From a virus, in the IMG/VR virus record IMGVR_UViG_3300042453_002354, positions 64,001-128,000 of that record: a DNA stretch of 64,000 nt, one strand, 5' to 3'. Positions 29,501 through 40,400 of the stretch are shown here, piece by piece. Position numbers and translations under genes: made by a program. A model generated the notes under the pieces. The model had not been told where the DNA came from. It searched no databases and saw only the letters and a program-made list of their open reading frames with translations. The stretch's first letter is position 1. Every line of letters starts with the position of its first letter.

Positions 29501-29851
29501 TATCTTTAATTGATTGTTGATCAGAGGTAATAAATCGCCAGATGAACCATTGACTCCTTCTATTTTCCAATAGTCAGTTCCTCGTGCTTTAAACTTTATA
29601 CTGGCATCGTGAGAAGAAACAAACGGTACATCGGTAAAAATTCCTAATCCAGAATCTGTATCAAATTCAATTCTGGAAAAACTAGCTTGGGTTGACGTAC
29701 CTTGTGATAGAAATAATTTTGAAGGTACTGTGGAATTTGTGCTATGTACGAAAACGCCTAGCGTTTCACTAGCAAGAACTGGCAATTCTTGTAATGATGG
29801 TGTCGTATCATCACTAACTACAAGTTTATTAATCCCTTTATTTCTGGACAT
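26600..29851 (-). CDS. Long tail fibre with C-terminal intramolecular chaperone (S74-like)
   Basis: ERMRIT..G.VGIGT repeats and TSD.R.K..I....LGL.FIN.LRPVSY.W...HYGLIAQEV...LRY.EFI.P. Confidence 0.9.
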   Translation of the reverse strand: MSRNKGINKLVVSDDTTPSLQELPVLASETLGVFVHSTNSTVPSKLFLSQGTSTQASFSRIEFDTDSGLGIFTDVPFVSSHDASIKFKARGTDYWKIEGVNGSSGDLLPLINNQLKIGRSGFNLAETFSRKITSDTTLALAAGGATKWNLDSGGNLIPSTANSQNFGATTNALSQIFGNQLNSGTGQSLYLGSNGGAYQWRIANGTNAAFIPNSTYDIGASGSRVGKLWGTDIDVTGIINSGGFSSSGDVITNSIRTIGTSDNLVIKTGTGFTERFRIGSDGNVTVSKQGAEFYVGNSNTSTQSCLIQIGNGRTGSGQSYIDFIGDTTYSDFGLRISREASGANADSVLSHRGTGSLLLQTQDAAPIVIVTGLSERMRITSTGKVGIGTTSPYANLDVASSLQIGSSSTSSNNFHITAESTGALQFWSGNYGAGTERMRITSMGLIGIGTNNPLYPLDVIGSVRIGDLAARPEFSVDLGTSGGGGFRSAYISNADGSNVIFSNQQNGYFALHTNNTERMRIDADGVVMIRPAAATLKVGDFATSTETCSIQVGNGRSGSGISQISLVGASSGGGTLRMTRNGGLNGTGEISHSGTGTLDIRTSAAANLTFSTNATERMRITSGGNIGIGTNTPSTSLHVAGDVTANQFFGNATSATTATYLNTAFSSSTADNITNRVNSGFWETSTATIAEGWPETTNAWYHLLCSTHSTTSNYYSMQFAGSFYDSNSLFYRATTDDGNKSWNRIWHSGNDSLLGTASNVGNTIVRRDASGNFSAGTITAGTILTGAGGIEINSIGTGDRNSYIDFHSQDSTDFDARIIREPGINGNLKIFQNGEGPIRFVGPDAGVTWSFDLWANELVIPTDSFGITPTIRGVYEYARNGEIYITNTSQVKGLWISPAGNVLPQLDNSHLLGNDDYRWQEVWSVDGTINTSDVRTKHTIENSPLGLNFINALRPVSYKWKVGYNEVNVQKDENGEPLLDENRKIIKTITPKSGTRTHYGLIAQEVKEVLEQIGKNGEDFAGWILSDKDDPNSQQSLRYHEFISPIIKSIQELSEIASNSTKALQSALEEIQKLKERIEILES

Positions 29852-29885
29852 AGTAATCCCTCTGCTACAATGTTATTTGCACTTC

Positions 29886-29893
29886 TATTTATA
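29886..29893 (-). promoter_or_regulatory. Late promoter TATAAATA
   Basis: Exact consensus upstream of the 26600..29851 fibre gene. Confidence 0.7.
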
Positions 29894-30995
29894 GTGCGAC
29901 AGAAGTGATTGCCTGATATCTAATTGTAGCTGCCCAATGTACTGTGTTGGTTGGATGTCCAACTACCATTACTTGTACATTAGTTCCCGATACTTGTACG
30001 AATGCATTATAATCAGAACTGTCTGTGCCAGATATGTTTTGTTGTATACCAACTAAAGAGGTCGCAATTACATTCCTTTTGGCACCGCCTTTTATGTTTA
30101 TCCAACAATTTTCATCAGCACTTACATTCAATCCTACCATATCAACTTCAAACCAAATTGCTGAATTTGCAACACCAGATGGAACATTCGGTAATTCAAA
30201 GTTCCAAAGTATTGTTGGTGATGAATCGGTAGTCATTACCGCATTAGTTAAAATGTGATGACCAGATTGTGCAAATCCTGAATGTGTTTTTAATTCTATT
30301 TCGGAAGAATTGATATAAGTTATAGGATTATCCGCAACTAAATTTTTTACATATATTGCTTCGCATTTATTTGAAGGACTGCCTATGGTTATATTATTTG
30401 CTAGTTTATCTCCTGTTATACTAGCTGCATCCACTGTTTTGATATCAGATCTTTCTACTGCGTGTACATAAATGTCAACTATAGAAAGTCCACTTGGTGC
30501 TGAATTGAATATGATTGTATTCCCTACTTTAAGATCTGGCGAAACATTCAAAGTCCAATCATTTCCAAACTGTAAAGGTACTTTATTTAAAAATACCGTC
30601 ATACCTTCTTCTCTTAATAGTCCAAGATCAGGAGGTAAGAATCCTAAACTAGAAAGATCGAATGTTGTTGTACTTCCATTCAAAGTTGGTGCTTCTAATC
30701 GTATTCGTAAACAATAATTTCCCGAAACAGCAGGAACAGAAATTTCTCTACCCAAATAAACAATATAAATTCTTTCGCCGAGTAGTGGAGGATATGAAAA
30801 TGCAATTTTTCTTCCGCCTTCAATTAAACCATATGAAAAGTTTGGTTCTTGTACGACACCATCACTAATAACTAAAATGGAAGATGAATGTCCAACTTGA
30901 TATGTTAGTGTAAATTCAGTCGTAAGACCGTCTGGAGAAATAACTTGTTTCTCAAAAACTCCGTATGCTGCTCCCGAACCTAGATACTTTGCCAT
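29889..30995 (-). CDS. Virion structural / fibre-associated protein
   Basis: YLG start, DG.TT.FTL...V..DGVVQEP repeats typical of T4-like baseplate and fibre proteins, SIT..KLA. Confidence 0.7.
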   Translation of the reverse strand: MAKYLGSGAAYGVFEKQVISPDGLTTEFTLTYQVGHSSSILVISDGVVQEPNFSYGLIEGGRKIAFSYPPLLGERIYIVYLGREISVPAVSGNYCLRIRLEAPTLNGSTTTFDLSSLGFLPPDLGLLREEGMTVFLNKVPLQFGNDWTLNVSPDLKVGNTIIFNSAPSGLSIVDIYVHAVERSDIKTVDAASITGDKLANNITIGSPSNKCEAIYVKNLVADNPITYINSSEIELKTHSGFAQSGHHILTNAVMTTDSSPTILWNFELPNVPSGVANSAIWFEVDMVGLNVSADENCWINIKGGAKRNVIATSLVGIQQNISGTDSSDYNAFVQVSGTNVQVMVVGHPTNTVHWAATIRYQAITSVAL

Positions 30996-30998
30996 ATT

Positions 30999-33575
30999 TT
31001 AAATCTTTATAATATAATTTAATACTATGTATGGTGGGTTTGCGGAGAAACTTGTTCCGGGCCCTGGCGCAGAAATCTGTCCTGTGGTATTTGTAGATCT
31101 ACCTAAAGATGTGATATTACTATCACCAGAAACGCCTCCTGTAACCTTTCCTATCTTACCAGTGAAAGATCCGGTTGGATGAGTATGCTCTCCGTTACTT
31201 GAGCTATTACCAGTAAATGCAGGAATATTTATTGTATGCTGGTGAGAGGAATTAGTTCCTGGTACAGTACCTCTTACAACGTGGTCGTGTGTAGAACCTG
31301 TTGTGCTTATTGACACAGAAGACAAATTGTGTGTATGTGTAGCACTTTCTGTTGTAGTTGTTACGGTTAAATCGTGATCGTGATCTCCATCATAATTGGC
31401 CGAATTCGCTCTTAAATTTTTATCCGAAGACAATCCACTGCTTACAGTTCCAATCACAAAGTGATAATTAGTCGATGACCCAATATTTCCAGCACGTTCA
31501 ATATCAATCGTTGAAACTGAGTGAGTATGATTTGCAAGTCCAGTACCAGTTTCTGTAATTGCATCGGCGGCGTGTGTGTGATTAACTGAGTTTGCGCTAG
31601 TGGTTCCTGATAATTCGTGAGTATGTGCAGGATTTCTAGCTGATAAAACCCCAGAGATTGCCAATTGTTCAGATGATGCAAAAACTTGTCTACTCACTGA
31701 AGATGTGTCACCTACGCTACCCAGAACGTGTTCGTGTGATCCTTCTGTTAAAGATGTTGAAAATGTGGTATGAGTGTGTGACGTTGAAGTACTATGAGTA
31801 CCAGAATTTACAGTAATCGCTAAATTTGATCCATTTGATATGTTATGTTCGTGATGATGAGCAGGGACTAAATGAGTGTGTGAGTCATCGTGTGTATGAT
31901 CGGGTAATTCGTGAAAATGATCGAACTGGCCTCCTGTGGCACCCAGAATGTTTGTAGGTGCCGATGCAGATTTACCGATAGGAATTCTTTGTCTTAAATC
32001 TGGAACATTAAAACTTGTTCCGGCAACGCCTCCATATTTTACTCCTATAACGCTATATAGCGAAGGATACAAGCTAGAAGAATAACTCGATCCATCACAT
32101 AATAACCATCCTGGTGGTGCAGTTTCGCCGCCAAATTGTATTATACCACCTATAGGAAACCCAAACTCAAGTAATTGTACTCTATCTTCTAAATCTGATA
32201 TGTCAACACCATCTACAACTCCACCAACTGTTATATCGCCAGTAACGTTTAATGTAGGTGTTGATATATTTCCTGAATCGATGGTGATCGATTGACCAAC
32301 AACGGATTCATCAACTTTAATTGGGCCATTTAAATGTAATTCTTTAAATGGGTTTGCAGTAGTACCCAAATCTTTTGGTGATGCTGGAATGATATCACCA
32401 TTAATACTAAAGTTTGTTGGTGATGTTAAGACCACAGAATTTGACGTATTCAATTTTACCAAATCAACGGCAGTTCCAGTGGAATTTTTTGATCTTAATG
32501 CTTGATTGTTATTCAGTAAAATTTTACTACCATTTACCGCATCGTCGGCAATTTTAGTTGAAATGACTGCACCATCTACTAATTTTGCAGTGCTTACTGA
32601 ATCATTTTGTAGTTCATAAGAACCTACCGAACTAGGAGGAACTACCAGTGCACTTTGATTTGGCGAGTATAGTGCTCTTCTGGAAACTGTAGAGAATCCT
32701 AAGTGTAAAATTCTTATTATTTTACCAACAGCGGGAGCAACATCAAATGTTATTCTGTCGAAAACTCCAGAACCCGATGAAGTTTCTGTCAAAGACCAAG
32801 TTCCTGAAGAAAATCCTAAACTATCACCATCTACTATCACACCATCAACGGTAACTAATAATGACTTAGAATCTATTGCAGGTTGTGAAAGTGAAAAATT
32901 AACTTGTGAACCTGTTCCGGTATGTCTATCAACTACAAAATTTCTAAGATTTTGTTGTAATTGATCTGGACCCACAGAACCGGCAGTAGGAACAAAATTA
33001 TATGTCGCTTCTCCTCTGTGAAGAACATAAATTTTTTCTTCTTCTTTTGGTGCTGAACTAAATCCAATTTGTTTATTATATAAAGATCCTATACCAGAAA
33101 TTGTGTAATCTGTTCCTGGTTGTAGAACTTCCCAATTGTCATAATATCCGTGAATTATTTCTACGTTTACATCACCGCTATCTGCTGGTAATATATTTCC
33201 ATCGACTGTTATAGAAATATCAGTTCCATTATAATCTACCGCTGTGACGGCATAAGTTCCTAAGCTATCAACGGATGATGGACCAGCAACTATTAAAAAA
33301 TCGCCAGGAGCAAATCTTGATAATGCTGCCGCTAAATCTTGATCTGTTGTTGAAATTTGGTCGCCTAAAACAGTATTTTCAAAAACTAAATTTGTTGTAT
33401 TTTTTACTACCGATCTGGTAATGTATTTCTGTCTAATTACGGTTATGTTCTCTTCATAACCGCCTGGCACTTCTTGTGATAAATCAAAAATTGTTTTTGT
33501 GCCATCGGGCACAATATCATCTCTGGTATTTGGACCAAAAATTAGAGGCGATTTTGCATTTCCTATGTAACTCAT
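30999..33575 (-). CDS. Tail fibre with tail-collar domain and His-rich tip (gp12/gp37-like)
   Basis: MSYIGN start; P.GGII.F.G..AP.GWLLCDG...FNVPDLR collar domain; about 15 HxH motifs; ends NPPYIVLNYIIK. Confidence 0.85.
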   Translation of the reverse strand: MSYIGNAKSPLIFGPNTRDDIVPDGTKTIFDLSQEVPGGYEENITVIRQKYITRSVVKNTTNLVFENTVLGDQISTTDQDLAAALSRFAPGDFLIVAGPSSVDSLGTYAVTAVDYNGTDISITVDGNILPADSGDVNVEIIHGYYDNWEVLQPGTDYTISGIGSLYNKQIGFSSAPKEEEKIYVLHRGEATYNFVPTAGSVGPDQLQQNLRNFVVDRHTGTGSQVNFSLSQPAIDSKSLLVTVDGVIVDGDSLGFSSGTWSLTETSSGSGVFDRITFDVAPAVGKIIRILHLGFSTVSRRALYSPNQSALVVPPSSVGSYELQNDSVSTAKLVDGAVISTKIADDAVNGSKILLNNNQALRSKNSTGTAVDLVKLNTSNSVVLTSPTNFSINGDIIPASPKDLGTTANPFKELHLNGPIKVDESVVGQSITIDSGNISTPTLNVTGDITVGGVVDGVDISDLEDRVQLLEFGFPIGGIIQFGGETAPPGWLLCDGSSYSSSLYPSLYSVIGVKYGGVAGTSFNVPDLRQRIPIGKSASAPTNILGATGGQFDHFHELPDHTHDDSHTHLVPAHHHEHNISNGSNLAITVNSGTHSTSTSHTHTTFSTSLTEGSHEHVLGSVGDTSSVSRQVFASSEQLAISGVLSARNPAHTHELSGTTSANSVNHTHAADAITETGTGLANHTHSVSTIDIERAGNIGSSTNYHFVIGTVSSGLSSDKNLRANSANYDGDHDHDLTVTTTTESATHTHNLSSVSISTTGSTHDHVVRGTVPGTNSSHQHTINIPAFTGNSSSNGEHTHPTGSFTGKIGKVTGGVSGDSNITSLGRSTNTTGQISAPGPGTSFSANPPYIVLNYIIKI

Positions 33576-33585
33576 TATTTCATCC

Positions 33586-33930
33586 TTATGTGTTTACGTC
33601 TTCTATTAAAGAACTTTGCACATCAAATAAAATACCAGCGGATTCGGATTTAACTTCAACATAATCTCCAGGTTCTAAAACTAATTTATTACCTTCGATC
33701 AAACAAGGCAAAGCACTTCCTTCTGGAACTGGTGCGCCCTTTACGGTGTATGTTGACACACTAGCGGAACTATCATAAACTCTAACAGAAACCTGACCAC
33801 CACCATTTATGGATGCGACACTAATATGGATAAAATAACTAGTCTTACCACTAGGCGCCGTGTATAACGTTTGCCAAGAAGCACCAACATCTTTCAAATT
33901 TGCATTTTTAAAATTGCTGTTTATTGCCAT
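33586..33930 (-). CDS. Small virion structural protein
   Basis: N.FKN, LYTAP and KLVLE.GD motif family common in T4-like fibre clusters. Confidence 0.7.
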   Translation of the reverse strand: MAINSNFKNANLKDVGASWQTLYTAPSGKTSYFIHISVASINGGGQVSVRVYDSSASVSTYTVKGAPVPEGSALPCLIEGNKLVLEPGDYVEVKSESAGILFDVQSSLIEDVNT

Positions 33931-33942
33931 ATATTTTTCCTA

Positions 33943-34170
33943 TTAGCTCATCGCTATTGCTCTAGCAAGTAATAATCTATCGTTCTCTAGTGAGGAGAAA
34001 ATTGAATTGATTGCAGAAACTAAGTTTGGTTCCGCTGCTGCAATAAAATTAGGATCAGTTTTAATCCTAATGTCCAAAAGATCAAGATCGCCTATCGCAA
34101 CTCCCAATTCATTTGTTTTTTCCCACCATAATTTTACGGTGGCGTAATCGGGAACTTTAATTTCTGCCAT
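33943..34170 (-). CDS. Hypothetical virion protein
   Basis: W..KTNEL...IGDL..L...NLV.AIN motif typical of fibre N-termini. Confidence 0.6.
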   Translation of the reverse strand: MAEIKVPDYATVKLWWEKTNELGVAIGDLDLLDIRIKTDPNFIAAAEPNLVSAINSIFSSLENDRLLLARAIAMS

Positions 34171-34417
34171 TTAGTTTCTCCAAAACTTGTAATAAAAGAT
34201 CCTTCATACCAAATAATTCTGATTTTATATTTTCAACATCTTGCTGTAGATTATTTATCTTGTCTTTTTGTATTTGTTTTTCTAAATTTTGTTTATCTCT
34301 AATCTTCTTGGCATTTTGATGTGCTTGCCAAGAAGATTCATCCACATTTACAATAGCACCACTTTGCATATCTCTGACGAGACCTTCTCTATCTTTAACC
34401 TTATAGTATCTAGTCAT
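34157..34417 (-). CDS. Conserved small T4-like protein downstream of the VrlC-like gene
   Basis: KV......LVRD..SGAIVN.D plus a C-terminal coiled coil. Confidence 0.7.
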   Translation of the reverse strand: MTRYYKVKDREGLVRDMQSGAIVNVDESSWQAHQNAKKIRDKQNLEKQIQKDKINNLQQDVENIKSELFGMKDLLLQVLEKLNGRN

Positions 34418-37400
34418 TATGAATCCAGTGCGATAACTTGAAGATCTTTGACTCTTATTGGTTTAGTAGAATCATTACCAGTTAATACTAGTTTAACTGC
34501 AACTTCACTAAATGGTGCCAATAGAGTTTCTTCATATTCAAAATCATTAAATGTATTACTATCTATCGAATTGCCTGGAAGTTTGTTTCCTACAGGAGTC
34601 AATTTGATGTAACGTACATTATCGAATTTTTCATTTTCATCCGAACCTGACATTTTTGCAAATGCTTCTACAGATTGACCTTCTTGAACATTTGCCAAGA
34701 ATCTAACTTTAAGAGCCGTGGCAGGATGTCTTAGGATCATTCTTTTTGTTACATACTTACAAGGTGCGGTGTGTCCAGTCGGTGATTCTGAACTATAGAA
34801 ATCTTCTATACCCAAAACCGTCACATTAGATGATGTGGATGCCGGATCGTAATCTGAATCATATTTTACTTCAATTCTCAATTTGTAATCTGGTGAAGAA
34901 TCTATAATTTCACTTATTTTTGTAATTTCATAAGTCGCATCATTTTTATTATCGGTAGAATTCATAACTTTAACATATTGTCCAGATCTCATAGAAGAGA
35001 GAACAGATTTACCAATTTCTCTTGCTTGTGCATATGTTGCCAATCCATCACTCGAACAGGTTATTACATCTCTATAGTAAGAAATATCTACGGAAGTACC
35101 TATTCCTGTAAGATCTGCATCAACCCTGACGGTCATACTAGTTGAATCCGGTCTAGTAACACTGATTAATCTTACCGTCTTCTTTGACGTTCCGTTAATT
35201 CCTAACAACATACCAGGAAACAATTCACTCAAGGTCGATATTACTGCATAATTGCTTGTCGAGAACGAGTCGCCAGAAATTGAAACGGTTGCATTTTCTG
35301 CTACCATAACTTCTTCATCACCAAAAGACCAAACATCCAATCCCGAACTTGAACAAGTTGCAGTCGATGATGTGATTGTGAATTTTTTATCCACAGTCAA
35401 CTGACTAGAAACAATGCTTGTAATTTTCCTTAAATTCTTACTGGTTCCACTCTGTACTAATACATAACCACCAACGTGATAGATTGAGGGTGTTGGTACG
35501 GATATTGTATTTGTATTTGCGGTCACACTACAAGTCGCCGAATCTTGTTTCCATCCAAAGAATACATAATCTGTTGGATCGGCAATGGTTCTATACTCAT
35601 CTATTAGTCCTGGATCAGAAACTTTATTTCCGATAATACCAAAATTCGATCTAGAAATGTCCAGAATAGGTGTAATGTTTGGATTATCACTAGACAACGT
35701 TGCTTGTACAAATAAACTCTTTGATGAACCTTCTATATTTCCTGGCGTTGTGATTATTCCAGCTATCGTAGGTTCATCTAGAGTCCATTCTCCTTCGTTT
35801 GCAACACTTGCAATCAATTTAGGTTCCTCGAATATTACATTTTCGCCTGGTTGCACATCTTCAAAATCTGCAACGTCTGGCAAAACATAAGGATTTACAT
35901 CACTGCCGTGCACACCCGAACCAGAAGTAATTCTATAATTATAATTAATTTCAGTTCCTTCTAGCTTCATATCAACTAAATTTGCGGTTATCTCATCAGC
36001 TTGAATGTCTGCTGTTGCGAATATCGTAGAACCACCTGCCGAATAATTAGTTTCTGATGCATCTTTTGGATTTCCATTTTCATCAAAAATTTCTATTGAA
36101 TACGAATCATAGTCCAAAACTGTTACATCGTGATACAATCTAACGGAATCTGAAGACTCGGTATTAATGTATTTTGTATCTATACCGCCGACAGATTCGA
36201 CCAAACCACTAATTTTTACTCTAGGTTTTCTATTGTCTTCCACTCGGTTTCTCATTCCGTGATTTTTGTGGAAAACTTTCAGTACATTACATCCTGCTTC
36301 AACCTTGAATGGATTATTTTTTAATTTGTCGAACGACAAGTTCTCGTTCACCAAAGTTACAATAGGATTTTTACTTATATCAAATTCTGCTTTATGTAAT
36401 TTGAACATTAAATCTGCTTGTTGATCTGGTGTCCAAGTAGAAGAGTTGGCGGACTTCAAAAACACACCATTGTATGATGCGGTATTTTGTATAATGTCGG
36501 CCTTTCCTACAATCGACTGTCCGATTCTGGCATACCAAACTTCATAGTCTTGAGTATTTGCCATAACTACTATAGCATATTCAGATTTTTCTTGTAGATA
36601 TACGGGATAATCAAATTCAAAATAAGTTCCTACAAAACCGGCTTCAAAGTTTGAACTTTGTGGACCATATCCATTCACAAATGATCTAGTTTTAGTATTC
36701 CATTTTGCTTCTGTATCAGGATCTGAAGAGAATGTTTCAAATGGTCCATAGTGATAATGATCTGTTGTTGTCCAAAATGATGGATCACTTTCACTAACCG
36801 TAGGATGTACAGGTACACTAATATACAATCTTCCTACATTTCTACCACTCGGATCGTCTATCGGAGTATCACCATCTATATCGTTTATAACTATTTGGTT
36901 TGGATACAAGTAAGTTTTCGATCCAGGAACTAATTTTGGTCCAGGAACGCCTGCAACGGTTTCTCTAATCTCAACACTAACGGGAATGACAGGATTCGCA
37001 GAGCCTGATCTATCTTTAAATTGAATCGATCTACTTCCAGAACCAACGTGCGGTTTATTTCTAAAATATAAAGTTACACCAGTTATGAATGCACCACCTT
37101 CATCAGTTATGTTTATTGTTTCTGCTATCGGATCGACCCAACAGACTTTGTTCAACTTATAACTATTTTCTGTGCTAGTGCTTATGGTTTTCTCAAAATT
37201 GTCATATTCTGTCGACAATTTGGCACCACGTGTTGAGAGTATAGTTTCTTGTCTCTTTTCTATTAATCCTTTACATTCAAATCTGGCAGAACCTGAGGAC
37301 TCTGAATCAGCTTGAATGTTTTGTGCGCTGTCTATAAATTTTATTACTTTAGTTCCTGTCTTAAAGCTAGGATTATCGGAAGAATCCTCCAAAACTTTAC

Positions 37401-40400
37401 CCGTAGATGTGTAGATTGGTTTACCATCAGGAATGTGCAGATAACCCGTTATTGCACCTGTGCTATCGGCAATTAATGGAAAATCGCCTGATGCATTTTT
37501 ACTTCCAATCACTGGGTTAAAATAAACAACATTAGTCGAAGAGCTTGCACTTCCGGAAACCACCGGAAAACTATTCTTCACACTTTCAATTAATTCATCT
37601 CTAACTTTAAATGAAACAGGTCTTTCGACCTTAGACATTACAATTTCTTTACCGGCAGATGAAGGTATACAGAAATGTGTTACTGGAATGTTATCAATAA
37701 AAGCATATACTCTGACATTTGGCTTAAATCCATTTAATGTAAATTTAACAATTTGACTTCTACAAAATTCTGCAAAATTAATTTCTTTAACAGATTCGCC
37801 AATTGACTGATTAATCACGCTAGGTGTGACCTTTAGTTTAACGCCACCTCTTGCTGTCGTTTCTTTACTAGTAATAGTTCTTTCGCCCTGAACTTGTAAT
37901 CTTGGATACTTGTTCTGTGGCGGTGTAGTTCTACCATTAATATATTTTTTTAATTTTTTAATCTCAGTTTCAATTCCCTTTATCTTATTTGATAATCCTT
38001 TCTTTTCTTTCTGATCTTTAGAACTTGCGAGTTTACCTCTAAGCTGTTCTAGATCTCTTTCTCTTCTTTGTAGATCCGACTGCTTCTTCATTCTATTATT
38101 CAGCCATTGCATCTGCTGATTTGGTCTCATTCCATTACCAAATGCAGGTCCAGGAAGAGGTGGTGAAGTTATGGAGTCTATTTCGGTTTTTGTTCCAACT
38201 ACATTAGTACTGAATTGCGTAGCATCTTTAGTGTATACAGTTCCCAATCCTTCGGAGAGATTAGTCAATGCATCGGCCAATCCATTATCAAAGTTTACGG
38301 ATAAAGGTTCTGACTTTTCTGTATTTTTAAATTCATCCGATTCTGGTTCTAATTTTACCTGTCCAACAAATGTAACTACATCGAATGGATTAATATTAAT
38401 AAAATCGGAAGCAATTCTTTGTGATACGGACTCGACACTTTCATATGGTAACATAATCAAATCGTTTTTCATCGTGTATCCGATTTGATTTCTTTCCACA
38501 TTTCCTGCATTTCCGCTAGAAATTTCAGTAAATCCTAGAGGATTGGTTTCATATGACTGAACTTCTTTCAATTCAATCATTCTTTCTACAAATGCAGGTC
38601 TCAACTCACCTTCTTTAGGATCTACTGCACAACTATAATCTTCATTCTGTACATCGCCTACGGCATGTCCTCTGAAGTTATCTACTAAAAATCCATTTTT
38701 AAATCTATCGTTGCCGTCTGCATCTTTTATTACTAGAGTTTCTGTATTTTTCTCTAAAAGCGAAAGTGAAGTGTAGTATTCAATTTGTGTTATTCTATCT
38801 TCAATTTTGCCAATATCTCGCATTGTATATCTGCGATTATTTCTGTGTGTTAGAACAACTTTCTTTAGATCTGAGGTCAAGGCAGGCAATTCTACCTCGG
38901 CTACAACCATACCATCAAGAGGATCGTCGGGCATAACAGGTTTCAAAGATGAAACACCTTCGACAATGCCAAATGAACCGTCAGTTCTTATATAAATTTT
39001 ATCATTTCTATGTAAAAAGTGTTCAAACTGTATGAATATATCACTTTCTGGTACATAGCAAATTTTGCTATTAAAGGTTCCGGTATTTGATTTCGTGGAT
39101 CTAAAATCCAAAACATCTGCTAATGGATATGAAGTTCCCGAATCGGTTGATGTATATTTTGGTATATCCGATATTGAAAACCCTGCACCCACTGGATAAG
39201 ATTCGATTGAAAAGTAGTTACCATCGACCGAGTGTTCAAAATAATCAAAAACAATAGCAAGTCTTCCGGTAGGAGGTTGTGCACCTCTTTTCAATTTGAT
39301 CGATGCGATATCATAAAAGGAGTCTCTTTGTCCATCATCCAATTCATATCTATCAACAATGTCTATATTGGATGCCGATGGTGCTGTCGTAAAATCAGAG
39401 GACATGTAAATATGTTTTACTCTAATTACATCCTCAACACCTAATGATATACTTTGTAGATCGGTTTTTAATGCATCAGTTAAGACATAGTATTGACCAC
39501 TAGGAGTACCAGTATTCTGATACGTACCCGTTCTTAGTGTTTTTTGCTTAGGTGAAGCATTGTTCTCGCCTGATATTCTACAAGGTACAATAGCTGTTAT
39601 GTTTCCAGCAGTAACCAAAGAGCTAAATGTTACTACAACTTCAGTTGAACTATTAAAAGTCACATTTTCTGCCTTTAGCGTATTGCCTGCGCTATCGGAA
39701 AAGAACCATTCAGTTGGCGAATAGGAAGGAAATGCACCCTGATCTGCACTTAAAATGATTGTTATTGTGTTAGATGATAACGTTCTAACAAAAAGTTTTT
39801 GTGCAGTATAATCAAACTTATCTTCGTCTATAGATCTAATGAATCCTTTAGGAATCACATATAATAGAACACTAGCATCTTGATCTTCCAGATCGGTATA
39901 GACTCTACTTATTGTTATATTTGTCTTTGCGTCCGATTTGGCCGCATCTAATTGAACCTTTTGATTGTCCAATGGTGCATTTACCACATAATAATGATAT
40001 TTAACTTGATTAGAATCTTCGTGTATGATGCAATCATTTTTGGATAGCTGTTGATACTCCGTAGTTCTCCAATATGTCCCATTACCAGTCGCTACGCCTC
40101 TAAAATTTGAAGCAGGTGTTATAGTTATATCGGCACCCTCAAATGGTTCTGAAAATTGAATTACATCACAAGAAAATCCAGCAGTACCATCTGCGCCGCC
40201 CTGAAAAATAGATTGAACGTGTTCAAATGAATGATCATCTTTTGTTATTTGTATATCTGTTAGATGCAATCTGTATGCGGCTGCGGAAGTACCAGGAGTT
40301 CCATCATCGAAATCGAAATACAAAACTCTAGCGGTTCCTATACAATATGCAGAGTCTATAGTTTTTGTCGGTCCAGTTAGAAATGAACCGTCTGCCGCTG

